A DNA stretch of 63,653 bases, filler included, from Chiloscyllium plagiosum (Eukaryota): the NCBI RefSeq assembly GCF_004010195.1. It is 5 parts of one record of this genome, joined end to end, with 100 filler letters (N's around TTAATTAATTAA, not from the genome) between each part and the next. Parts side by side here need not be neighbours in the genome. Positions count along the whole stretch, not along the records: positions 20,953 to 43,743 come from NC_057713.1; positions 43,844 to 51,579 come from NC_057713.1; 3 more parts are not named here. One strand, 5' to 3'. Both the position numbers and the translations under genes were made by a program. Below, piece after piece: positions 38,222 through 50,300 of this stretch. The notes below the pieces were generated by a model. The model searched no databases. It was given only the letters and a program-made list of their open reading frames with translations, and was not told the DNA's origin. Within the stretch, counting starts at the first letter, position 1. Every line of letters begins with the position of its first letter.

Positions 38222-39340
38222 GATAGATGAGGGCATTGTGGTAAATGTTTTCTACATGGACTTTAGCAAGGTCTTCAACTAAATTCCACATGGTAGACTG
38301 ATTAGTAAGGTTAGATCACATTGGTTTTAGGGAGAGCTAGTCGAATGGATAGAAAAGTGGCTTGACAGTGGGAGACAGAGGGGGTGAAGGATTTTTTGGA
38401 CTGGAGACCTGTGACCAGCAGTGTTCCACAGAGACTGGTGGTTCACTGCTACCTGTCATTTGTATGAACAGTTTGGACAAAAATACAGAAGGCAGGATTA
38501 GTAAGTTTGCAGATGACACCAAAATTAGTGGTACAGTGTAAGGTAAATAAGTTATTTAAGATTACAGAAGGATCTTGATCAGCTTGACCAATTGACCAAA
38601 GAGTGGCAGATGGAGTTTAATTCTGATAAATGTGAGGTACTTCATTTTGGTAAAACAAACCAGGGCAGAATTTGTACAGTTAATGGTAGAGCTCTGGGCT
38701 GTGTGGTGGAACAGGTGTTCAGGCACATAACTCCTTGAAAGTGGTATCACAGGTAGACATGGTGGTGAAGGAGGTATTGGCACATTTGTTTTTATTGATC
38801 AGAACAATGAATACAGGAGTTGGGACATCATGTTGCAGCTTCGTAAGACATTGCTGAGGCCACTTTTGGAGTATTTACAGTTCTGGTTGCCTTGCTTTAG
38901 GAATGACATTCAGAAAATATTTAATCCCAGTGACATCCTTGTAAAGGAATTGAGTTATAGGGAGAGACTGAATCGGCTTGGACCTTTGTCCCTGGAGTGT
39001 AGGAGGTAGAGAGGTGACCTTATAGAGGTCTATAAAATCATGAGGATCATAAATAAGGTGAGAAGGGGAAGATTTGAAAGGGACCTGAGGGGCAACGTTT
39101 TCCATAAAGAGACTGTTGTGTGTATGCAATAAACTACCAGAGGATGTGATAGATGTAAGTACAGTTACAAAATGTAACAGATATTTGGACAAGTGCATGA
39201 ATAGGAAATGTTTAGAGGGATATGAGCCAAATGCAGGGAAATAGAACAAGTTTATTTTGGGAAACCTGGTTGGTTTGGAATAGTTGGACCAAAGGGTCTG
39301 TTTCTGTGATGTGTGACTCTATGATTCTGACTCTATAACC
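38222..39340 (+). mobile_element. Degraded CR1 RT-to-3' fragment
   Basis: FADDTKI, WQMEFN and a CTATGA tail. Confidence 0.82.
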
Positions 39341-40272
39341 TTGGCTGATCCCTCACCACACCCCACTTAACATTTTTTCCCATGATTTTCCATACAGCTA
39401 AAACTCCCCCAACCCATCTCACTGGAACAGCTCCCACCTTCCTACAGTCTAAAGACCCTTCGAGTCATTGAGTCTGCACTGGTTAACCCAAACCATTATT
39501 TTCCTTCCATATTTTTAAATTTTGGACTCTTTACTGAATCTCTCAGGAATGCTGTTTTGATGCATGCATCTACATATTGCTGACACCGGGCATTTGAATG
39601 CAATTTTGCAATTTGGTTACATCTACTGGACAAATGCCACCTGTTTCGAATACATTGGATAGATCCCAGCACCGATAGGGTTTAAACAGCAGTAAACAGA
39701 GACATCAACTGAATGACGGAGATTTCTTTATCACCAAAATAAAGTTACAGTTTCTTAATAACAAATATTTCACTCAATACAAAAAAATCTATTTAGGTGT
39801 AAATCCATATGGTGCTTGCAGTTCTTCAGATTTACTTTCAGAAAGAAATCTCGCTCATGGTTAATAAGTTTGAGTTTCCCACCAGTCATCAGGATCATAG
39901 GTCAGTCCCCAGAAAAGATCAACGCCCAGAAAGATCTCCACCTGAAAAAGTACAGTGAGGTATTGAACAATATAAATGAATCTGAAAATAATTTCAAGGG
40001 CATTGTGTAAATCATTACAAACAAACATCAGCCATTTCTCTTCTCATTTTTGCCAGTTTGTTTATAACTGCAATTTCTCACTATCTTCCTCCTAAGCTAC
40101 AGACCCCCTAAAAATATTTTAAGAAGGCATCCAAGACTCTATCATTTTCTAATTTTGAACGCAGATGTGAGGTGGATATTCCAGGTGCAATGCAGCTGGT
40201 CAAACCACTTAGCTTTAAGCAAAACAGAGTTTATTTAACACTACAGTTGAAACATAAACAAAAGAAAACAGA

Positions 40273-40749
40273 GTACTTGCAGGGTTACATCGTACTTTGC
40301 TCAAAAACTGCAGGCATTCATGTAAAACTCCGTTATCTCACTTTTTAGATTAGAATCAATCTAAACATCATGGCATAGACAGAGAACACAGGGGGCTAAC
40401 ACCTTCAACATATTGTCTAGCTAACACCATTGTTAACAACTAACCCGAGAATGCAACTTTTTTAAAAAAGGTTTTTGTGATTTACACATAAAAGAAGTGA
40501 AACTATCACGGTATTCGAACAGATAAAAGGCTTAACAGACAATCAATTTTTCAATGTATAATTTCAGTTACATCACACTGTAAATATTTGCTATAAATTC
40601 TGTGTGTTAGGATTGAGCCCTCCACTATCACCTGATGAAGGAGCAGCGCTCCGAAAGCTAGTGCTTCCAATTAAACCTGTTGGACTATAACCTGGTGTTG
40701 TGTGATTTTTAACTTTGTACACCCCAGTCCAACACCGGCATCTCCGAAT
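40273..40749 (+). mobile_element. Penelope-like 3' fragment with intact hammerhead motif
   Basis: 14-bp TSD CAAAAGAAAACAGA at 40259-40272 and 40750-40763. Confidence 0.8.
40629..40663 (+). ncRNA. Minimal type-I hammerhead ribozyme motif
   Basis: CAC-CTGATGA-A-GGAGC-AGC-GCTCC-GAAA-GC-TA-GTG, giving stem I CAC/GTG, stem II GGAGC/GCTCC and a palindromic AGCT stem III. Confidence 0.75.
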
Positions 40750-40771
40750 CAAAAGAAAACAGAATTTAGAA

Positions 40772-41390
40772 AACTTAGGTAAAAACAATGACTGTAGATG
40801 CTGGAAACCAGATTCTGGATTAGTGGTGCTGGAAGAGCACAGAAATTCAGGCAGCATCCGAGGAGCTTCAGCATCGACGTTTCATCAGGAATACAGGCAG
40901 AGAGCCTGAAGCATGGAGAGATAAGCTAGAGGGGGGCCTCTGCTCGGCCACTTTCCTCTGCTGCCTGTCCCGAAGTCCACCTTGGAGGATGGTCACCCGA
41001 AGGTCCGAGGCTGAATGTCCTGGACCACTGAAGTGTTCCCCAACTGGGAGGGAACCCTCCTGTCTGTTGATTGTTGTGCGGTGCCCATTCATGTTGTCGT
41101 AGCCTTTGCTCGGTTTCCCCAGTGTACCATGCCTCCGGGCATCCCTGCCTGCAACGTATAAGATAGACAACGTTGGCTGAGTCACATGAGTACCTGCCCC
41201 CTATATGGTGGGAGGTGTCCCCACGTGTAATGGTGGTTTCCGTGTCCACACTCTGACATGTCTTACAGCGCCTACCGTGACAGGGTTGTCCTGAAGTATG
41301 GAGTTGTCCTGAGAGCCGGACAGTTTGCTGCGAACAATGATCTGTTTGAGGTTTGGTGGTTGTTTTAAAGATGAAAAGTGAAGGTGTGGG
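40772..41390 (-). mobile_element. Neptune-type Penelope-like GIY-YIG fragment with terminal repeat
   Basis: CHGRRCKTC...CDSANVVYLIRCRQGCPEAWYTGETEQRLRQ..MNGHR..VGEHFS. Confidence 0.88.
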
Positions 41391-41699
41391 GAAAGTCACC
41401 TCCTCCTGGTGTAAGGCTATCAGGTCTGGAGTTCCCTATTGTCTCTCTTGCTCCTTTATTAAATAGTAGGTAACATTTCTTACCTTCCATTCCACAGGAA
41501 TCATTCCAGACTATGCAGAAGTTTAGGAGATTATCACCAATGCACTGACTCAGTCTATAGCCACCTCCTTCAACCATTCCTGGGGTGTGGATCATCAGCT
41601 CCTGGGGATTTACCCCTTACAGCCCCATTAGTCTCTCCAGTACAAGTCCCTCCCTGATCCTAATCCTCAATCTCTATGGGTTGATGGGAAATGTCCATC

Positions 41700-42258
41700 C
41701 TGGAGCTCGGTCACCAGTGGTGTGCTGCAAGGATCTGGTTTGGGGCCACTGCTGTTTGTCATTTTTATAAATGACCTGGATGAGGGTGTAGAAGGATGGG
41801 TTCGTAAATTTGCAGATGACACTAAGGTAGGCAGAGCTGTTTTCATTAGAGAGAAGGTTGAGAGGTGACATAATCAATATTTATCAGATAATCAGAGGGT
41901 TAGATAGGGTGGACAGGGAGAGCCTTTCTCCTCAGATGGTGATGGCTAACACGAGGGGACATAGCTTTAAATTGAGGGGTGATAGATTGAGGACAGAGAT
42001 CAGAGGTAGTCTCTTTACTCAGAGAGTAGTAGGGGTATGGAGCGCACTGCCTGTTACAGTACTGGACTCACCAACTTTAAGGGCATTTAAATGGTCATTG
42101 GATAGACATATGGATGAGAATGGAATAGTGTAGGACAGATGGGCTTTGGATTAATTTTGCAGGTCGGCACAACATCGAGGGCCGAATTAATTTTGCAGGT
42201 CGGCACAACATCGAGGGCCGAAGAGCCTGTACTGCGCTGTGATGTTCTATGTTCTATA
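41700..42258 (+). mobile_element. Internally deleted CR1 3' fragment
   Basis: FADDTKV joined to RRLRGDII, with a 29-bp tandem duplication in the 3'UTR (about 42150-42220). Confidence 0.82.
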
Positions 42259-42259
42259 G

Positions 42260-42810
42260 TCCTATCTTTTGCACTGATGTGCTGGGCTCCTCCATCATTG
42301 AGGATGGAGATATTTGTAGAGTCTTCTCCTCCATTGAGTTGTTGAATTATCCACCACCATTCACAACTGGGTGTGGAAGGACTGCAGAGCTTAGATCTGA
42401 TCCTTTGGTTGTGGGATCGTTTAGCTCTGTCTATCTCTTGCTGTTTATGCCGTTTGGCAAGTAGTCCTATTTGGTGTCTTCACCAGGTTGACATCTCATT
42501 TTTAGATATGCCTGGTGCTGCTCTTGGCATGCCCTTCTGCACTCTCCATTGAACCAGGGTTGATCCCCTGACTTGATGGTAATGGTTGAATGGGGGATAT
42601 GCTGGGCCATGAGGTTACAGATTGTGCTGGAGTCCAGTTCTGCTTCTGTTAATGGTCCACAGTGCATCACGGACACCCAGTGTTGAGCTGCTAGATCGGT
42701 TCAAAGTCTATCCCATTTAGCATAGTGATAGTGCCACACAACACGGTGGGGGTACTTCTCAATGTGAAGGCGAGACTTTGTCTCCACAAGGACAGTGAGC
42801 TGGTCACTCT
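42260..42810 (-). mobile_element. Non-LTR LINE linker-region fragment, clade uncertain
   Basis: HIPHSTITIKSGDQPWFNGECRRAC (PWF motif between APE and RT). Confidence 0.6.
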
Positions 42811-42872
42811 TTCCTCCAGCCTGGGAACCTGTTATAGCTGTTCTTCCCTTCATGTTATTTTATGTTTTCCAT

Positions 42873-43060
42873 TTAGCTCAGTTGGCTGGATTGTTGGTTT
42901 CCAGAGCCAACAGCGTGGGTTCAATTCCCATCACCGATTTGAGGTTACCATGAAGGACTCTCCTTTGCCTGGGGTCTGGTGGCCCTCAGGTTAAATCACC
43001 ACCAGTCACTTCTCTGTCCACTGAGAGAGCAGCCCCTATGGTCTGGTAAGATTATGGCGA
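42873..43060 (+). mobile_element. tRNA-derived SINE (second family)
   Basis: A-box TAGCTCAGTTGG and B-box GGTTCAATTCC; matches 5025-5228. Confidence 0.65.
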
Positions 43061-43166
43061 CACGACATTGCCCACCAATTGATCGATTGGGGAAGTGAGT
43101 TTCAATATTGTGTGTCATTGCTGTAAATGTTTGCTCTTTGTAATCACCAAGATCTTGTTGTTGTAG

Positions 43167-43458
43167 GAACAGAGAACAGTTTTGAAACTCTTGGGTTGAA
43201 GTTGGAGAACATCAGTAACCCATGGGTCCCAGGAGATTTCATTGTGCAGTCAAGGTTGGAGAGAGTGCTGAGGGAGCGAGAGCGAGCTGCAGCATTTACC
43301 TTCCAGAAAGCTCTGCCCAGGTACATGCTGTTCACCAATCCCAACCAGCACCACAGCTGGCACAACCAGCGAGCCTATCGCATCCAACTCAACTCTCAAG
43401 CAGATCGCCCACTGCTACCTCGCAACTGGAAGGAGGAGAAAGCAATCACCTGGGGCAG
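43167..43458 (+). CDS. AOC1: Internal exon of a copper amine oxidase (diamine oxidase, AOC1-like)
   Basis: ttgtag| acceptor and |gtcaga donor around a 292-nt open exon: GTENSFETLGLKLENISNPW...ERAAAFTFQKALPRYMLFT...RAYRIQLNSQAD..LPRNWKEEKAITWGR. It closely parallels recalled human AOC1 GTKNSFQTLQMKLENITNPW...LPKYLLF...EEQAITWAR. Confidence 0.9.
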
Positions 43459-43614
43459 GTCAGAGCAACAGCCAATCCCCTGTCAGCTAATCTCTGCTCT
43501 TTAACCAATCAACAATCAGAAGCAATCCCTGATCAACCAATCCCAGTCATTGATCAAAGGAGACTCCAGCCGCAGGAAAGGAACTGGTGACCATGAGCAG
43601 GGCACGGGAACCAG

Positions 43615-43743
43615 AAATGGAGGGAGGTGGAGGGGGGGGAGCAGGGTTTAGGAGGGATGTGGAGGAGGGAGGAGCAGGGTTTAGGAGGGAGGTGGAGGAG
43701 GGAGGAGAGGAGTTTAGGGAGGGAGGAGGAGGGAGGAGCAGGG
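43615..43743 (+). repeat. Purine/G-rich low-complexity repeat at contig end
   Basis: About 33-bp GGAGGAGCAGGGTTTAGGAGGGA-type units. Confidence 0.75.
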
Positions 43744-43843
43744 NNNNNNNNNNNNNNNNNNNNNNNNNNNNNNNNNNNNNNNNNNNNTTAATTAATTAAN
43801 NNNNNNNNNNNNNNNNNNNNNNNNNNNNNNNNNNNNNNNNNNN
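43744..43843. other. Artificial contig-joining spacer
   Basis: 44 N + TTAATTAATTAA + 44 N. Confidence 0.97.
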
Positions 43844-46250
43844 AATACGGTTCCTCTCATTTGTAAATACTGAAGAAAAGTACTCATTCAAGTCCTCTCC
43901 TATCTCTTCCGACTCAATGCACAGTCTCCCACTACTGTCCTTGATCGGACCTACCCTTGTTCTCGTCATTCTCATGTTTCTCACATACGCATAAAATGCC
44001 TTTGGGTTATCCTTGATCCTATCCGCCAAAGATTTTTCATGCCCTCTCTTAGCTCTCCTAATCCCTTTCTTCAGGTCCCTCCTGGCTATCCTGTATCCCT
44101 CCAATGCTCTGCATGAACCTTGTTTCCTCAACCTTGTGTAAGCCTCCTTCTTCCTCCTTACAAGCCATTCAACCTCCCTCGTCAACCAAGGTTCCCTCAC
44201 ACGACCATCTCTTTCCTGCCTGACAGGTACATACATATCAAGGACACATCGTATCTGTTCCTTGAAAAAGTTCCACATTTCAATGACATCCTTCCCTGAC
44301 AGCCTATGCTCCCACTTTATGCTCCTCAGATCCTGTCTTGCAGCATCGTATTTACCCTTCCCCCAATTGTAAAACCTGCCCTGTTGCAGAGTCAGAGTCA
44401 GTGTCATACAGCATGGAAACAGACCTTTTGGCCTAACTCCATGCCAATCAGGTTTCCTAATCTGAACTAGTTCCTATTTTCCTGAGTTTGGCCCATATCC
44501 CTCTCAATCTTTCCTATCCATGTTCCTGTCCAAATGTCTTATAAATGTTGTAATTGTGTCAGTCTCTCCCACTTCCTCTGGTAGCTCATTCCATACACGC
44601 ACCACTGTCTGTGTGAAAGAATTGCCCCTCAGGTGCCTTTTAAATCTTTCCCCTCTCACTTAAACCTATGCTCTCTTGTTTTGGACTCCCCTACCCTGGG
44701 AAAAAGACCTTAGCTGTTCATACAATCCATGCCTCTCATGATTTTATAAACCTCCTATAAGGTCAGCCCTCAGCCTCCGATGCTCTTGGGAAAATAGCCC
44801 AGCCCATTCAGCCATCCCCAGTTGCTCAAACCCCTAACCCTGGCAACATCTTTTCTACATTCTGGCTAGCTATGATGCCAGTTTCAAGGAATTCTGTACC
44901 TGAACCCCTCGGTCTCTCAGTTCAACAACATTCCCCAGGTCCCTGCCATTAACTGTGTAAGCCCTGCCTTTTGTCCTGCATTTTGTCTGAAATAAACTCC
45001 ATTTGCCATTCCGCAGCCCATTGGCCCAGTTGAACAAGATCCCATTATACTCTTAGATAACATCCTTCACTGTCCACTACACGACCGATTTTGGTATCAA
45101 CCACAGACTTACTAACCATGCCTCCTAATCCTCATCCAAATCATTCATATAAATGATGAACAACGATGGATCCAGCATTGACCCTTGTGCACATCGCTGG
45201 TCACAGGCCTCCACCACTATCTCTGCCTCAGACCATCAAGCCTATTTTTTTACCTAATTGCACCCATAGTTCTTTGCTTTATTTATCATTATATGTGTTT
45301 TATTGGTCTACTATCTCTTTGTTCCCCATTTTAACTTCCCTAGTTTCTGACTGAAAGGGACCAATGTCTGTCTTCACCATTTTTTCTCTTCACCTACCGA
45401 CACAAGTTATTACAGTCAGTTTTGATGTTTGTGCAAGCTGATTCTTGTACTCTATACCCCCTTCCCCACCCTCTTGCCCGCCTGTCCTCATCAATCATCT
45501 GTACCCCCTGCCCCCACTCCTTCACCCACCTGTCCCCCATCAATCCCATCAATCATCTATACCCGCCCTTCCCCACCTTCTACAATTTAAACTATGGCCA
45601 ATCCTCAGGTCTGCAGCATTTTTGGGGAGCTAACTTATATTGCCCCTTCCATGGGTCTAATACTGTCCCTAATACTATCTAATGTTATTTCCTCATTAGC
45701 CATGGTTGGGCCACCTTTCCTATGTTGTTGTTTTGCCAGTCAAGAATGACCAATTGTTGCAGATCACCAATGTGTGCTTGAAATGTTTACCATTGCCTTT
45801 ACGCCATGATTTCTTTAAGTAATCTATCAGAGCCAACTCATTCATTGTACCATTGTACCATATTTAGATTTAAAACCCTAGTCTCAGAACCAACTACATC
45901 TCTCTCCATAAAAGCAAATTACTACGGATGCTGGAATCTGAAACCGAAAAAGAGAAAATGCTGGAAAATCTCAGCAAGTCTTGCAGCATCTGTAAGGAGA
46001 GAAAAGAGCTGATGTTTCGAATCTAACTGACCCTTTGTCAAAGACCCTCAGTTAGACTCAAAACGTCAGCTCTTTTCTCTCCTTACAGATGCTGCCAGAC
46101 TTGCTGAGATTTTCCAGCATTTTCTCATTTTTGGCTACATCTCTCTCCACCTTGATGAGGAATTCTATCCTAGTATGGTTACTCATCCCAAGGGGCCTTA
46201 CACGCTAGATCGCCAATTATTCTTATCTCATTACACAATATCTAATCGAG
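43844..46250 (-). mobile_element. Several CR1 ORF2 fragments
   Basis: EPWLTREV...IKDNPKAFY...LNEYFSSVFT (43844-44385), a 3' fragment at 44390-45260 and older remnants beyond. Confidence 0.85.
45909..46134. mobile_element. Inverted-duplicated Penelope-like terminal fragment with U3:A8 hammerhead variant
   Basis: About 95-bp inverted arms. 15-bp TSD CTACATCTCTCTCCA at 45894-45908 and 46135-46149. Confidence 0.8.
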
Positions 46251-46276
46251 GATGAAGTTAAAAATAACAGAACAGG

Positions 46277-46348
46277 GCGATAGTGATATACTGGTGAGCA
46301 TAGCTGCCTTCTAAGCAGTTGACCCGGGTTCGATTCCCAGCCATCGCA
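46277..46348 (+). tRNA. tRNA-Gly(TCC)-derived gene or pseudogene with a TCT anticodon
   Basis: 72-nt match to the vertebrate tRNA-Gly-TCC body. Anticodon TCT at 46310-46312, mismatches in the acceptor and T stems, and TTTT just downstream. Confidence 0.85.
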
Positions 46349-46439
46349 GTGTTTTGGTTTCTAAACTGTCCTTTAATGGAAAGGCACTGGGATAACATGA
46401 GAACATGAATGCTTCATTCTGTGGGGAAACAGACATATG

Positions 46440-46768
46440 GGCGACATGGTGGCTCAGTGTTTAGCACTGCTGCCTTACAGCGCCAGGGACCTGGGTTTGA
46501 TTCTTGCCCCAGGCGACTGTCTGTGTGGAGTTTGCACATTCTCCCTATATCTGTGTGGGTTTCCTTTGGGTGCTCCAGTCTCCTCCCACAATCCAACGAT
46601 GTGCAGGTCAGGTGAATTGGCCATGATAAATTGCCCACAGTGTTAGGTGCATTAGTCAGGGTAAATATAGGGTAGGGGAATGGGTCCGGGTGGGTTACTC
46701 TTCGGAGGGTCAGTGTGGACTTGTTGGGCCGAAGGGCCCATTTCCATGCTGTAGGGAATCTAATCTAG
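46440..46768 (+). mobile_element. HE1-type V-SINE
   Basis: tRNA head, V-domain and tail. Confidence 0.9.
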
Positions 46769-46977
46769 TCAAACACCAGGTTATAAGCCAACAGAATCAC
46801 TAGCTTGCAATCTCAGGTGGCCTGTCTGCAGTTGGCTCCTAAACGTACTGGTCCAGAAAACTGTCTTGTTCACACTCCAGGAATCCCTCCTCTATGGTAT
46901 TTCTAATCTTTTTTTGTAACTGTTTCTTCTTATTTACTGTATCAAAACCCCTTCTTACTTTGATCTACGGTACCCAC

Positions 46978-47177
46978 CTGAACAGGGCATCTGGTTGCAC
47001 TCCTCTGTTTGCTTCATCTCTTCCTGGCAGGGTAGACTTTCTCCTGGCTCTCCACAGCTTCGACTGCGGCTCCGTTGCCCAGGCCCACAGGTGGTGGAAC
47101 ACTCACTCCATGTGGACCAGCTGCTCAGCTCCATACACTGCAATTCACTGCAGTTAAATATCCCATTCACACACTTA
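46978..47177 (-). CDS. Internal exon encoding a Cys-rich TILa/VWC-like end plus a thrombospondin type-1 repeat; SCO-spondin-like
   Basis: tttctttgttttgcag| acceptor and |gtgggt donor, 200 nt: (C)KCVNGIFNCSELQCMELSSWSTWSECSTTCGPGQRSRSRSC...PCQEEMKQTEECNQMPCS. Confidence 0.8.
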
Positions 47178-47399
47178 CTGCAAAACAAAGAAACCATTCT
47201 GTATAACAAAGTGGAAAGGTTTGAACCCAACAACTACATTCACACAGAGCTGGACAGGATTCCGCAGGTGCTCAAAGGATGTTTCATGTGAATATAAGAA
47301 ATGGGAGCAGAGTAGCATTTCTGCTCCTCGTGACTCTCCACCATATAGAAGATGGTGGCTGATCTGCACCAGGTTTCAACTCATCTTTAGTGTCGGTTC

Positions 47400-50300
47400 T
47401 GTATAGTCCTAAACTCTCCAATTTTTCAAAACACTATCTACATCCTATTTAAATACTGTCAGTGACCTATTCTCCACAACTCTCTGGGGCAAAGAATTCC
47501 ATACATTCACTCTCCACTGGGAGAAGAAATTCCTTCACATCTCAGTTTTAAATGAGATCTATCCGTTCCTCCCATTTTAATGAATGGGATAGTGTTAATG
47601 GTCATAGAGTCATAGGGTCCGACAGCACAGAGACAGGCCCTTCGGTGCAAACTGGGCCATACTGACCAAAATGTCCATCCACACTAACCCCATTTCCCTG
47701 CACTTGGCCCATATCCTTCTTAAACTTTCATATCCATGTATTTGTCCAAATGCCTTTTAAATGTTGTTAACGTACGACTTCTGGTGGCAGCTCATTCCAT
47801 ATGCGCATCATCCTCTGTGTAAAAAGGTTACCCCTCTGGTTCCCTTTCATTCTTTCCCTTCTGATCTTAAACCGATGCCCTCTAGTCTGCCTTCTGTCAG
47901 CCAGCCAATTCTGAATTCAGAATTGGTTGGCTGACAGAAGGCAGAGTGTGGTTGTAGATGGAAAGTGTTCTGGCTGGAGGTCAGTGTTGAGTGGGGTCCC
48001 ACAGGGCTCTGTTCTTGGGCCTCTGCTCTTTATAGTTTTTATAAATGACTTGGATGAGGAGGTTGAGGGGTGGGTTAGTAAATTTGCAGATGACACAAAG
48101 GTTGGAGGTGTCGTCGATAGTATCGAGGGCTACTGCAGGCTGCAGCGTGACATAGACACTGCAGATGCAGTTCAACCTGGATAAATGCAAAGTGATGCAT
48201 TTTGGAAGGTCAAACTCGAATGCTGAATATAGGATTAAAGACAGGATTCTTGGCAGTGTGGAGAATCAGAGGGATCTGGGTGTGCAAGTACATAGATCTC
48301 TCAAAGTTGCCATCCAAGTGGATAGGGTTGTTAAGAAAGCATATGGTGTTTTGGCTTTCATTAACAGGGGGATCATGTTTAAGAGCCGCGAGGTTTTGCT
48401 GCAGCTCGACAAGTCCCAGGTGAGACCACACTTGGAATATTGTGTCCACTTCTGGTCGCCCTACTATAGGAAAGATACAGAGGCTTTGGAGAGGGCGCAA
48501 AGAAGGTTTACCATGATGCTGCCTGGACTGGAGGGCTTGCCGTATGAAGAAAGGTTGAATAAGCTTGGACTTTTCTCTGTGGAGAGAAGGAGGAAGAGAG
48601 GAGACCTGATCGAGGTGTACAAAATAATGAGAGGAATAGATAGAATCAATAACCAGAGACTTTCCCCAGGGCAGGATTGACTGGTACCAGGAGTCACAGT
48701 TTGAAAATAATAGGAGGAAGGTATAAAGGAGATGTCAGAGGAAGGTTCTTTACGCAGAGAGTTGTGAATGCATGGAATGAGTTGCCAGCTGTGGTGGTGG
48801 AAGCAGAGTCATTGGGGACATTTAAGCGACTGCTGGACATGCAAATGGATAGCAGAGAGTTGAGGAGTGCATAGGTTAAGTTACTATATTTTACATTAGG
48901 ATTAAACCTCGACACAACATCATGGGCCAAAGAGCCTGTTCTGTGCTGTACTTTTCTATGTTCTATGTTGTATGTTCTATGTAGTCCTCGATTTCCCAAC
49001 CTGGGAAAAAGATTGAGTGCATTCACTCTATCCATGCCTCTCATGATTTTATAGACTTTTATAAGGTTCCCCCCTCAGTCTCCTACACACTAAAGAAAAA
49101 AGAGTTCTAGCTTGTCCAACCTCTCCCTGGACCATTGAGTCCAGGCAAATCCTTGTAAATTTATTCTGCACGCTTTCCAGTTTAATAACATCCTTCCTGT
49201 ACCAAGGTGACCAAAGCTGAACACAGTACTCTAAATATGACCTCATCAAACTTGCTCAATTCTATACTCCATGCCCTGACTGATGAAGGCCAGTGCCAAA
49301 ACTCTCCTTCACTGTCCTGTCTACCTGTAACTCCACCTTCAGAGAACTGTGCACCTGAACTCCAAGGTCCCTCTGTTCCACTACACTCCTTAACGCCCTA
49401 CCATTCACCATGAAACTCCTAACTTGATTTGACTTTCCAAAATGTAAGACCTCACACTTACCTATATTAAACTCCATTTGCCATTTCTCAGCCCACTTCC
49501 CCAGATGATCAAGACCCTTCTGCAATTACTGATACCTTTCCTCACTTTCCATGGTACCATCTATTTTAGTGTCATCAGCGAACTTAATAACCATGCCTTA
49601 TACATTCTTATCCAAATCATTGATATAGATAATAATTAGTAATGAGGCCAGCACCTACCCCTGAGGCATTCCACTTCCACTGTTACCCTCTGCTTCCTAC
49701 CATCAAGTCAACTGTGTATCCAATTTGTCAGCTCCTCCTGGATTCCATGTGATCTAACCTTCCAGAGCAGCCTATCATGTGGAACCTTATCAGAGGCATT
49801 ACTGAAGGCCGTACAGACTATGTCTACCACCCTGCCCTTGTCAACCTTCCTGGTCACTTCATCAAAGAACTCTAACGAATGTGTGAGGCACTACCTCCAC
49901 TCACAAAGCCACGCTGACTATTCCTAATCAAACTCTGTCTATCCAAATGCATGTATATCTTACCCCTCAAAATCTTCTCACCACTGATATTAAGTTTACT
50001 GGTCTATAATTCCCACGTTTTTCTTTGCAACCCTTGTCGAATAAGGGCACAACATTCACTCCCTTCCAGTCTTCCGGGAGTTACCCTCACCCGTGACTAA
50101 CATTTTTGCAAAAATATCAGCCAGGACCCCCGCAGTTTCTTCTCTACCCTCTTGTAGTGTTCTTGGATATATCTGGTCAGGACCAGGAGATTTATCCACC
50201 TTCATACACTCTAATGCATCTAACATTTCCTCTACTGTGATATGGGCTATCCCCAAGGTATCACCACTAACCCCCCCAAGTTCCCAAGTCTTAATGTCTT

